From positions 1 to 64,000 of the IMG/VR virus record IMGVR_UViG_3300007255_000001: a DNA stretch of 64,000 bases. One strand, written 5' to 3'. Below are positions 44,290 through 52,210 of the stretch, piece after piece. A program made the translations under genes and the position numbers. Each line of letters begins with the position of its first letter. Position 1 is the first letter of the stretch. The notes below the pieces were generated by a model. That model was not told where the DNA came from, did not search any database, and saw nothing but the letters and a program-made list of their open reading frames with translations. The DNA is from a virus.

Positions 44290-44390
44290 ACATGGTGCTG
44301 CTGCTCTTGCTACCAAGGACAATGTAGTCACTAGTTGACTTGTTGTCAAGTCCATGTGTTACACTACTTGCACTAGCGGCAATAACAGGT
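44290..44390. promoter_or_regulatory. Divergent cro/cI genetic switch region with overlapping operator palindromes
   Basis: Palindromes AGTCA-N5-TGACT (44326-44340) and TTGAC-N5-GTCAA (44335-44349). The leftward promoter is TTGACA(44349-44344)-17 nt-TACATT(44326-44321). The candidate rightward promoter is TTGACT(44335-44340)-19 nt-TACACT(44360-44365). Confidence 0.6.
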
Positions 44391-44813
44391 ATGCGCATAT
44401 CCTCTGTGGTCGTGGGGCAATTTCGTGAACTACTCGAAAAGGCCGAGCAGCTCTTTCCCAACAAACAGAGCTTTGCGGCGGCGATCGGGATCACCCCGTC
44501 CCGCTACAGCCACATCCGGAAAGGCCACTATTCCCTCAACATCATCAACTGCCTGCGGCTTGCCAAAGCGGCAAGTCTGTCGCCGTCACTGGTCCTGCGT
44601 CAAGCGGGCAAAGGGGAACTCGCCGCCTTGATCGAACAGTTGTACGGCGAGGGTGTGAAGCCCGTCGCCGCGGCCCCCCTGTCAGTGGAAGACCAGCACC
44701 TTCTTGAGGGGTGGAACGACCTCACGCCCGTCCATCGTGAAGCCGTGTTGGTAGTGATCGATCTGCTGAGGAGAGATCAAGATGCGCGCAAACGGCCACG
44801 CCGCGCGTCGTAA
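44391..44813 (+). CDS. XRE/cI-like HTH repressor candidate
   Basis: ATG at 44391, 140 aa with the HTH SFAAAIGITPSRYSHIRKG. Confidence 0.6.
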   Translation: MRISSVVVGQFRELLEKAEQLFPNKQSFAAAIGITPSRYSHIRKGHYSLNIINCLRLAKAASLSPSLVLRQAGKGELAALIEQLYGEGVKPVAAAPLSVEDQHLLEGWNDLTPVHREAVLVVIDLLRRDQDARKRPRRAS

Positions 44814-45093
44814 GGGCAGCACCCTCTACGCGCTCAGCCCCTCCCTGCCGGCGAAGTCGGACCGGGTCGTGCTCCGACAAGACGCGACGTGGTGGCGAGT
44901 CCGACAGGACCAGCGGCGTCGTTCACCGGACGCCCTGCCCGCCTTGCCGGGATCCCTCGGCACCACCCTCGCGCGCCTCCAAGCGGCGGCCGCCGCTTAT
45001 CCGCCCGGCCATCCGACGCGTCGGCGACTGCTCGACACCATCTACACCTTGCGCCGCGCCGCTGAGACCACCCACGCCAAAGGAGAGTCCCGT

Positions 45094-45789
45094 ATGACGA
45101 ACGCCACCACGAATCGCCGAGCGTTTCTGAAAGGCAGTCTCCTCATGCCGGCGGCGATGCTGCTGCAACCGCCGCATCCGCCGGGACACCAGAAAGATGA
45201 AGTGCTCGATGAAGTGGCCCGTGAAATCGGGCGAACATTTACGGCGATCCGCCGAGGGGTCAATCCCCGTGACCCGGAGCACCTGCGACACCTCGCCGGG
45301 CAACTCCGCATTGCGGCCGCGGGTGTAGCGAAGTACGATGCGGCGGCCAAAACAACCATGCGGCGAGCCGCGCCGACGGCAGACTTTGATCTCTCGACGA
45401 TGAAAGACCACCTGTCGGAGTACATCGACGCAGCGGATCTCGCCGGCCTGGAGTTCCCGGTGGTGTCGGCGGCGCAGATCACCGCGATGCAGAATCGCAT
45501 TCGGGTCCAGGGTCTTAGCCCAGTATTTCGTGAAGGGGCGAGGATGCTGGATATCGTCGCGGCCCGAACGGCGACGGTGAACAACCCACAACCACAGCTC
45601 GTGTCTCGGGTGCGGCCCATTCAACTGGGTGACTGTCAAATGCTGAAAGACATGGTGGTCTGGTACGACATCATGGCGGCGTCGATCTGTGCTGCCAGCA
45701 TATTTGCGCCATGGCTTGCTGAAGCCTGTGCCGTGGCGACCGCCGCGTGGGCGGGGACTTACGCCTACTTTTGGTGGAAAGGCTGCTGA
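45094..45789 (+). CDS. Tat-signal-like secreted/membrane-anchored protein (lysogeny-module accessory gene)
   Basis: The ATG at 45094 has AAAGGAGAG upstream. The N-terminal NRRAFLKGSLLMPAAMLL is a twin-arginine motif, and the C-terminus has a hydrophobic segment. An in-frame upstream start at 44782 cannot be excluded. Confidence 0.5.
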   Translation: MTNATTNRRAFLKGSLLMPAAMLLQPPHPPGHQKDEVLDEVAREIGRTFTAIRRGVNPRDPEHLRHLAGQLRIAAAGVAKYDAAAKTTMRRAAPTADFDLSTMKDHLSEYIDAADLAGLEFPVVSAAQITAMQNRIRVQGLSPVFREGARMLDIVAARTATVNNPQPQLVSRVRPIQLGDCQMLKDMVVWYDIMAASICAASIFAPWLAEACAVATAAWAGTYAYFWWKGC

Positions 45790-45793
45790 GGCT

Positions 45794-46105
45794 ATGAAAC
45801 TCGTGGCGATCTTGCTGATTCTTGGCAATGTGGTGCTGGGGATGCTCGCACCTGTTCCGTTGTGGATGAAAGCAGGACTGGTGGTGATTTCCCTAGCAGC
45901 CATTGTCTCTGTGTGGAAGGAGATGAATCTCGCGCAGCGAGCCCCGTGGCTGCTGTGGGTCGTCGTTGTTGTTCAAGTCTATGCCGCCACGTGGACGGCG
46001 GGACAAGACTTCGCGGTGTGGAAGAAGGTATGGGTCGTCGTGGCGACCACGGTGTTCGCGCTGGCGATGATTCTGAGAGAGGTGAAAAGGCAGCGGCAAC
46101 CATGA
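45794..46105 (+). CDS. Small multi-pass membrane protein (possible superinfection-exclusion/immunity function)
   Basis: 103 aa with three to four hydrophobic helices (LVAILLILGNVVLGML, LVVISLAAIVSVW, WLLWVVVVVQVYA, VWVVVATTVFALAMIL). The locus is AT-richer. Confidence 0.55.
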   Translation: MKLVAILLILGNVVLGMLAPVPLWMKAGLVVISLAAIVSVWKEMNLAQRAPWLLWVVVVVQVYAATWTAGQDFAVWKKVWVVVATTVFALAMILREVKRQRQP

Positions 46106-47325
46106 GACGGCGCGGGGGCTGGCGTCGGCGCGGGGGGATCCTCGAAGCCTACGTGCGGCTCTATCGCGGACCCGGCGGGCTGCGGACGAAGCACTTTGCG
46201 CTGACGACGCCGCCCGCCGAGATTCAGCACTGGATTGGCGACACGGATCTCGCTTATAGCCGCCAGCATCCCACGTGCACGCCGGGCGCGCTCTCCGCGG
46301 ACGCGGACACGTACGTGAAGCTCCTGGTCAATCGACCAGCCCTCCAGCGCGAACGCGCCCGGCAGCTCGCGTGGTGGTGCGAACACTTCGGGACCCGGTC
46401 GCGCCCGTCGCTTGAGGCGGTGGAACTGGAAACGGCGCTGAACGAATTGATCGCGGCGGGCGCCGCTCCCTCCACCGTGAAGAAGTACCGGACGGCGCTC
46501 TATCACCTGTTCACGAAGTTGGACGGGAAGAACGCGCCGAATCCGCTGCGCGACGTGGCCCCACCGAAAGAGCCGGACCCTGAGCCGCGCTGGATCCCGT
46601 ATCCGATCATCGACGCGATTCTGGAGGCGATGCCCGATCGTGGGCAGGGCCTGCGGCATCAGCCCCGGCCCACAGTCTCCAAGACGAAGGCGCGGCTGCG
46701 GGTGATCGCCTATACCGGCATCCCGCATGCGCAAGTGATGCAGATCCGCGAGGGTGATCTGAATTGGGCGGAGCCGAGTGTCCTGGTGCGGGCGCGCAAG
46801 AAGGGCGGCGGGACGCGCGCTCGCCGCTTGCCGCTCACGCCGGACGGGGTCGCCGCTTTTCAGGCGTTCGCGGCGGCCGACGCGTGGGGCGCCTTCTCCC
46901 CGTCGAGTGCGCGACAGTCCTGGATCCGCGGCATCGATCGGCTGTGTACCGGATTGGAAACGCGCGACGAGACACGCGAGTTGGGCACCCAGCTCCGCGA
47001 ACAGCTCCGAGGCGTGCGTCCCTACGATCTGCGCCATAGCTATCTTACGGAAGCGCAACTCGCGAGCGGGAACATTCATGCGACCCAAGGGCTGGCGATG
47101 CATGCCGATGCCCGCATGACGCACCGGTACACGCTGGCCGCGGTCGCGCCCGAACTGAAGGCGGCCGCAGAGCTGTTGGCGGCCCGCTTCGCGACCACGA
47201 TCCTTCAGCCAACCAATCAGCCAACCAACCGCCTCGAAGGATCTGCGAAAACCCTCAGAAACCTAGGAAATCGAAAAGTGCTCCGGATGCCCGACTTGCG
47301 GCGAAGACAAGAGCAAAAGGTGTGA
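46102..47325 (+). CDS. int: Tyrosine recombinase/integrase
   Basis: The ATG at 46102 has an ATGA overlap. The C-terminal catalytic region is RPYDLRHSYLT ... GLAMHADARMTHRYT (R, HxxR, H, Y). Confidence 0.85.
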   Translation: MRRRGGWRRRGGILEAYVRLYRGPGGLRTKHFALTTPPAEIQHWIGDTDLAYSRQHPTCTPGALSADADTYVKLLVNRPALQRERARQLAWWCEHFGTRSRPSLEAVELETALNELIAAGAAPSTVKKYRTALYHLFTKLDGKNAPNPLRDVAPPKEPDPEPRWIPYPIIDAILEAMPDRGQGLRHQPRPTVSKTKARLRVIAYTGIPHAQVMQIREGDLNWAEPSVLVRARKKGGGTRARRLPLTPDGVAAFQAFAAADAWGAFSPSSARQSWIRGIDRLCTGLETRDETRELGTQLREQLRGVRPYDLRHSYLTEAQLASGNIHATQGLAMHADARMTHRYTLAAVAPELKAAAELLAARFATTILQPTNQPTNRLEGSAKTLRNLGNRKVLRMPDLRRRQEQKV

Positions 47326-47345
47326 ATTCCACGAAGAAAACGGGG

Positions 47346-47419
47346 CGCGCCCGACAGGATTCGAACCTGTGGCCTTCGGCTCCGGAGGGCGGGGGCTCGA
47401 TCGCTAAGCCACACATTCC
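47346..47419 (-). tRNA. tRNA-Arg(CCG)-derived 3' fragment, not a complete tRNA; probable attP core
   Basis: The minus strand carries the anticodon loop CTCCGGA (anticodon at 47385-47383), variable AGGCC, T arm ACAGG-TTCGAAT-CCTGT, acceptor 3' strand CGGGCGC and discriminator G. The 5' acceptor strand does not pair and only 3 of 5 anticodon-stem pairs form. It lies 20 nt from the int stop. Confidence 0.6.
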
Positions 47420-47435
47420 AGGAGAGTTGGCCCAT

Positions 47436-47951
47436 TCAGCCAACGCGCGCAGCCAACCAAACTGCGGCGAGTTGATCAGCGAGGCGTTCGGTTTCGGCGC
47501 GCACGTACGCGAGATCGCGATACACCTCGACCAGCCAATCATTCGCTGCGAGGGCTGTCGCGTGGTCGTAGCGCTCGTCTTGAGACCGTGATCTGATAGA
47601 CCGCAACAGCGCGTCCATGCCGGGCGAAAAGTCGCGGTAGTGTCCGCAGTCAAACCCGAACCACCAGACGTTGTCGGGCTCACCCGGTTTTGGGACGTGG
47701 CAGATACGGTCGCGACACGCGCTCGCGTAGGTCAGCCCGCCGTGCACGTTGAGGTCTAGGTCGTCATATCCCTTGCCGTGCAGGGGATGCTGGGGCGGCA
47801 CGGCCGCATAGCCGCACCAAGTGCCGGTAGCATTCCGCAGCAATAGACACGGCAGGCCGGCGTGCTCGAAGTCCACACGATCCGGTTCGGTCTGCCACGG
47901 CCCTTCGCCCCACGTCGATTTGTCGATCACGTAGGATGTTGGTTCAGCCAT
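47436..47951 (-). CDS. Hypothetical protein
   Basis: 171-aa ORF (WCGYAAVPPQHPLHG ... VHGGLTYA). It overlaps the upstream gene by 8 nt. Confidence 0.6.
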   Translation of the reverse strand: MAEPTSYVIDKSTWGEGPWQTEPDRVDFEHAGLPCLLLRNATGTWCGYAAVPPQHPLHGKGYDDLDLNVHGGLTYASACRDRICHVPKPGEPDNVWWFGFDCGHYRDFSPGMDALLRSIRSRSQDERYDHATALAANDWLVEVYRDLAYVRAETERLADQLAAVWLAARVG

Positions 47952-48261
47952 TAGCCTTCGTTTCCTTTTCAGCCACGAGGATCCGCTCCGCGATCGTCGA
48001 CGGCCCTTCCTGTCCGACGGCCTCGAAGAAGATCTGCATCGCCTGGCGCAGCGCCAGCGCCTCGGCGACGTCGCTGCATTCGAGGACCCAGCTCACATTC
48101 ACCCAGGATCGGTGCTGCCCGCTGGTGGTGCCATCGGCCGGGCGGCGAAAGATACTCGGCTGCAACCGGATGCGGATCGGCAGGCCGGGACGCTCGGCGG
48201 CTGCCTCGTAGATCGGTTCGTCCAGGTGGTCCACGTCGGCGCTATACGTGACATTCATCAT
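47944..48261 (-). CDS. Hypothetical protein, apparently leaderless
   Basis: 105-aa ORF. Its ATG lies 6 nt downstream of a -10 element. Confidence 0.55.
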   Translation of the reverse strand: MMNVTYSADVDHLDEPIYEAAAERPGLPIRIRLQPSIFRRPADGTTSGQHRSWVNVSWVLECSDVAEALALRQAMQIFFEAVGQEGPSTIAERILVAEKETKANG

Positions 48262-48267
48262 GCACTT

Positions 48268-48296
48268 ACATTACCGCACGCGCTAGGGGTTGTCAA
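48268..48296 (-). promoter_or_regulatory. Sigma70-type promoter driving a leaderless transcript
   Basis: Minus strand reads TTGACA(48296-48291)-17 nt-TAATGT(48273-48268), then AAGTGC and the ATG at 48261. Confidence 0.55.
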
Positions 48297-48546
48297 TATT
48301 GTCAGCATCGCACGATGGAATGGTGTGGGACGTCCAGGTGGGGAAAGCGGCTTGACTGAAGCGTAGCAGGGGGAGTAAAACGAGACCGGCAATCCGGGCG
48401 GGTTTCGGCTGGCCTGATCTCCAGTCGTCCCGCCCGGACCGTTTCGACGATGAACGCGGGGAACTCGCTGGTGGCCCTAGAAAGTCAGCCAGTGAGCCCC
48501 ATCACCCCCCGACACGACAGAAGGAGGGGTCACATGGAGGTGCGAC

Positions 48547-49497
48547 GTGATTGACAGTGCCACAACCGTTCGGAGCTGTCAAGCCCCCTTCGCGGACCCG
48601 CTGCCAAATATTCTGCCCCATGGGGGGATCAGTCTCCTCGCCGGTGCCCCGAGTGTGGGGAAAACAGCCCTGGTCGCCGGCTTCCTGCGCGACTTCCGCG
48701 ATCAGCGCCCCATCTTCGGGCACCAGCCGAGCCCGGTCGCCGCGATCGGGTATGTCGGGACGGACCGGGGGTGGGATAAAGGCGCCGGCATCTGGTTCGA
48801 GCGGGTCGGGTACGACGACGTCCCCCGCTACTCGATGGCGGATGACGTGAGCTTCAACCCGAAGCGCCTCCGGAAACGCTTCGAGCGGACTGACATCCTC
48901 GCCAGCTTCATCGACAGCCTCCAACTCCCGCCGCACAGCTTGATTGTCGTCGATCCGATTGCCCTCTTCCTCGGCGGGAACCTCCTCGACTACGATAGTT
49001 GCGCGGTCGCCTGTCACGAAATCCGCGCCTACCTCCGCGAACGCAAGTACACGATGTTCGCCACCGCACACTCCAGCAAGATCAAAGGGGACAAGCGGGA
49101 GCGCTACATGCGCATGCAGGACCAGATCCTCGGCTCGACCGCCATCTTCGGGTTCACTGACACCCAGATGTACCTCGCCAGTCCCCAGGAGACCGGGAAA
49201 CCGTACTACGTGTTCCTCTGGCACCCCCATACCGCCAAGCCGGAGACCTTCTGCCTCGAACAAGACGAAGTCGGCCTCTTCCAGCTCTATTCCGGCGCGA
49301 ACACCGCGAACCAGAATCGGGTCTATGCCCTCCTCCCTGAAAATGGGGACGTCCGCGAGTTCGGCGAGATCGTCGAGCTCGCCCAACAGTACCCCCTCTC
49401 ACGCCGGACCGTGAAGAATGTGCTCGATCAGCTCTGCGATATAGGGCGGGTCGAACGTGCTGGGCATGGCTTGTACCGTCGGGTGACGCTGAACTGA
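48547..49497 (+). CDS. RecA-fold ATPase of the RepA/AAA_25 type (replication initiator/helicase-loader candidate) with a C-terminal winged-helix-like region
   Basis: GTG start with GGAGG 7 nt upstream. Walker A LLAGAPSVGKTA, Walker B LIVVDP, and a C-terminal RRTVKNVLDQLCDIGRVER. Confidence 0.6.
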   Translation: MIDSATTVRSCQAPFADPLPNILPHGGISLLAGAPSVGKTALVAGFLRDFRDQRPIFGHQPSPVAAIGYVGTDRGWDKGAGIWFERVGYDDVPRYSMADDVSFNPKRLRKRFERTDILASFIDSLQLPPHSLIVVDPIALFLGGNLLDYDSCAVACHEIRAYLRERKYTMFATAHSSKIKGDKRERYMRMQDQILGSTAIFGFTDTQMYLASPQETGKPYYVFLWHPHTAKPETFCLEQDEVGLFQLYSGANTANQNRVYALLPENGDVREFGEIVELAQQYPLSRRTVKNVLDQLCDIGRVERAGHGLYRRVTLN

Positions 49498-49755
49498 TCG
49501 GAGCCCCCCTCTATGGCGCACATGTTTCCGTGCACTCTGGTATGTATGTACTAAGAGTACAAAGAGTTATGAAGTGCACGTGCTCTGTTTGCGCTTTACA
49601 CTCTGCACTTTGAAAGTGCAGAGTGTAGACTCTGATCTGGAGAGTGCAGACCGAGTTCTCTGAGTAGAATCAGAGAGTTACCATAGAAAGTGCACGCATA
49701 CGCGCGCGCGAGCAGGTGGGGGGAGAGGATCTCTTCCTATATAGATTTTCGCTTT
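49498..49755. repeat. AT-rich intergenic region with iteron-like AAGTGCA(C/G) repeats and palindromes (candidate replication origin and/or bidirectional terminator)
   Basis: Six copies of (A)AGTGCA(C/G) in both orientations (about 49530, 49572, 49599, 49613, 49639, 49687). A 31-bp palindrome lies at 49597-49627, with further palindromes GTACT-AAG-AGTAC (49548-49560) and CTCTGA-N6-TCAGAG (49657-49674). There is a (CG)5 run and an A/T tract at 49738-49763. Confidence 0.55.
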
Positions 49756-50277
49756 TTATTCGGATGAGTCGGTAGATGGTGGAGGCTCGCCCTGGTGTGC
49801 CGCCTGCCACGCCTTCGTGCGCTCCCAGCCATGAATCGGGCAGGCCGGCGCCCAGGCGCCATAGCTGTCGGGGCAGGTGCAGTCCGCGCAGATCGCGACG
49901 TTGACCGCGTCGTCGCCCTGCCGCACCTGCTCGGCGAGGATCCCCCCGGCGTACTGGCGGAGCGCCAGGAGCTGGCGGTAGGTCGGCTTCTGGTCGGTGG
50001 GCTGCTTACTGGGGGCGCGCCGGGCGACCGGGTAGAGGATCAGCCCGACCGCCCAGATCCGCCGGCATAACGGGCAGCACACCCGACTGGTGAGCGGATT
50101 GTAGACGTGGCGGCGCGGGGCGCTCGGGCGCTTGCGCTGCGCCTCCTGCCGGCGCACCTTGGCCGGATGATCGAAGTAGGCGTGGATCAGGTGCCCGCAG
50201 GCCGGGCACTCACAGACGAACCGATCGACCCGCGCGAAGAACCGGACGCCGTCGGGGGCGTGATCCGGACGGGGCAT
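49756..50277 (-). CDS. Cys-rich zinc-binding protein
   Basis: 173 aa with CECPACGH, CCPLC and CADCTCP ... CPIH motifs. Confidence 0.55.
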   Translation of the reverse strand: MPRPDHAPDGVRFFARVDRFVCECPACGHLIHAYFDHPAKVRRQEAQRKRPSAPRRHVYNPLTSRVCCPLCRRIWAVGLILYPVARRAPSKQPTDQKPTYRQLLALRQYAGGILAEQVRQGDDAVNVAICADCTCPDSYGAWAPACPIHGWERTKAWQAAHQGEPPPSTDSSE

Positions 50278-50304
50278 GGGCGACCTCCAGGAGTACGGAG
50301 TTGT

Positions 50305-51813
50305 TTAGCGCCGGCCGCGAATGAGGTACGCCGCCGCGCCGTTGCGCTCCGGCCCATCGAGCAGCACCCGCCCGCCGGCCGGCATCCCGTGATGCTGATG
50401 CACGATCGCGCCCGTGAGCGGGTGGAGCACGTCCAGGTCGCAGGCGTCCGGGGTCGTCAGCACCACGAACTGGCGCACCCCGAGCAGCAGGCTCAGAAAG
50501 GCATTGCCGCGGCAGACGCCGTAACAGCGCGTGACGCCGTGGTCGGCGCCGTCCGGCCAGATCGCATCGGCGACCACCGGCTGCCGACCGACCGGTGTCG
50601 CGCCGTGCTGGGTGGTGTGCTCCGGCCAGTTGGGCAGATCCGGCGGCAGGATCGCATCGAGCCCGCGCAGCACGTCCATGACGCGCTGGATCCCGGGGAC
50701 CTCCCAGAGATTCGCCGGGCGATCGTGGTTCGGGTCGACCTGCCCCGCCACGCCCGCGCCGTTGTGCAGGACGAAGGCGCCCAGCCCACACCCGATCCCG
50801 ACCGCGCGCAGCATGGTCAGAATCCAGGGATCGGTCGTTTCGGCAACCGAGCTCCGCGGCCCGATCGGCTCGTTGTGGCTGATCGGGTACGGCACGTCCC
50901 GCCAGTCCCAGGGCTGCCGCACCGCCCGCCAGCCGCCATCGCCCGGCGCGCGGTCGAGATGCACGGTCAGCAGGTTCGCGCCGCCCAGCGCCGCGCACCG
51001 CTTCGCCTCGTCGGCGCCGCCGCTGGGTGACGTGCAGGCGATGAGGCTCGCGGGCAGAGCCATGCGGAGCGCCTTGACGACACTGATCACGGTCGGCTCG
51101 GCGATCTGATTGCGCACCGCCTCGTTCGCCGCTTCCAGGTCGAGGACCTTCTCGGGCCGGCGACGCACGACGCTGGCGATCTTCGTCGCGACGTCGACCG
51201 CCGGGACCGAGGTCCCGCTGCCCAGGCAGGTGATCTCCACCCGCAGGCCGTACTCATCGTACGCGCAGTCGATCAGCTCGCCGAGGAGAGTCTCGTAGTC
51301 CGACCAGCGCGGATCGATCTCGTTGCCGCGCCAGCCGACTTCGCCGAGGATCCGGATGTAGTCCCAAGTATGCGCCTGCAGAAACGCGAGGTTGGCGCGC
51401 AGGCGGTCGCGCTCAACCTTCCAGCCGCGGAGTGCCCAGAAGAGCGTCGCGCCCAGCGGATAGAAGGATCCGTGGTCGTCGACCCAGCTCCGCCCCTCGG
51501 CGTGGACGACGCCGGCTCGTGCGCCGTCCCGATGCGAGGGCCGCGGGACCTCTGGACCGCTCGGGCTTGGGCCGCTACCGTGTTTTTGCCGCCATTCGTC
51601 CGACGCGCGGATACTCGCCAGGATCGTCGCCTTCGCCTGATCCGGAGATCGCCCCGAGTCGCGCAGCCCCTGGTAGGCATCGAGCAGCCACGCCGCGATC
51701 CCTTCCCAGTCCGGCCCGCCGTCGATCCAGAGTCCCTCGGGCCGGAGCAGCTCCTCCTGATAGACGCGCTGCAGCCAATCGCCCGCGTCGCGCCATTCGC
51801 CCCGGTTAAGCAC
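50305..51813 (-). CDS. Glycoside hydrolase, GH5-like (beta/alpha)8-barrel candidate
   Basis: A central barrel-type region carries the HNEP acid/base-type motif (PISHNEPIG). The GTG at 51813 overlaps the upstream gene's 3' end by 8 nt; the track start is 51870. Confidence 0.45.
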   Translation of the reverse strand: MLNRGEWRDAGDWLQRVYQEELLRPEGLWIDGGPDWEGIAAWLLDAYQGLRDSGRSPDQAKATILASIRASDEWRQKHGSGPSPSGPEVPRPSHRDGARAGVVHAEGRSWVDDHGSFYPLGATLFWALRGWKVERDRLRANLAFLQAHTWDYIRILGEVGWRGNEIDPRWSDYETLLGELIDCAYDEYGLRVEITCLGSGTSVPAVDVATKIASVVRRRPEKVLDLEAANEAVRNQIAEPTVISVVKALRMALPASLIACTSPSGGADEAKRCAALGGANLLTVHLDRAPGDGGWRAVRQPWDWRDVPYPISHNEPIGPRSSVAETTDPWILTMLRAVGIGCGLGAFVLHNGAGVAGQVDPNHDRPANLWEVPGIQRVMDVLRGLDAILPPDLPNWPEHTTQHGATPVGRQPVVADAIWPDGADHGVTRCYGVCRGNAFLSLLLGVRQFVVLTTPDACDLDVLHPLTGAIVHQHHGMPAGGRVLLDGPERNGAAAYLIRGRR

Positions 51814-52069
51814 CGGACGGCCCCTTCCGGCCGGCTGGTGGGCTGGCCCGACGGCGATCGGCGCGCGCATCGAGGTACTGGTGCCCCGCCGTCGCGAGCG
51901 CCGCTAAGCCCGCCTTATCGCGGAACCCGCCGCGGGCGTCGGCAGTCTGCGTCATGACGGACACGAGGAAATCGAAGGCTTCGTCGTCGAGCTGGCTGAA
52001 GCACTGTAGGACCGGCTGGCGGGCGGCTGACCGAGCCGCCTGTGCGGCGGCCCGGGCATCTTCAGACAT
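51806..52069 (-). CDS. Hypothetical small protein
   Basis: 87-aa ORF with an ATG start, in the leftward early operon. Confidence 0.45.
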   Translation of the reverse strand: MSEDARAAAQAARSAARQPVLQCFSQLDDEAFDFLVSVMTQTADARGGFRDKAGLAALATAGHQYLDARADRRRASPPAGRKGPSGA

Positions 52070-52108
52070 GCCGGCAGAATAGCATGGCTGAGCCGACAGA
52101 GGCAGACT

Positions 52109-52210
52109 TTAGGGTAAGGCGCCTTCGAGGATGAGCTGAATCAGCAACACCCCCAGCGCGAGGGTCACATACACGAACACCGCGAAGGCCGCATCCTCTA
52201 GGCGCTTCAT
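52109..52210 (-). CDS. 33-aa single-TM micro-protein
   Basis: Product MKRLEDAAFAVFVYVTLALGVLLIQLILEGALP. The ATG overlaps the upstream TGA (ATGA). It is below the ORF-track size cutoff. Confidence 0.35.
   Translation of the reverse strand: MKRLEDAAFAVFVYVTLALGVLLIQLILEGALP

Noticed and set aside
44782-45093. Upstream in-frame extension of the Tat-signal gene as the preferred start
   Set aside because: A Tat motif must be N-terminal, and the ATG at 45094 has an AAAGGAGAG ribosome-binding site. The extension has coding-like composition, so it is flagged as unresolved rather than excluded.
47343-47419. Complete functional tRNA-Arg gene
   Set aside because: The 5' acceptor strand (GGAATGT) cannot pair with CGGGCGC, the anticodon stem has two mismatches, and no GCGCCCG occurs nearby. 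It is treated as a tRNA 3' fragment/attP instead.
49702-49711. (CG)5 run as a distinct functional element (Z-DNA)
   Set aside because: It is too short and is expected by chance in GC-rich DNA. It is mentioned only as part of the ori-like region.
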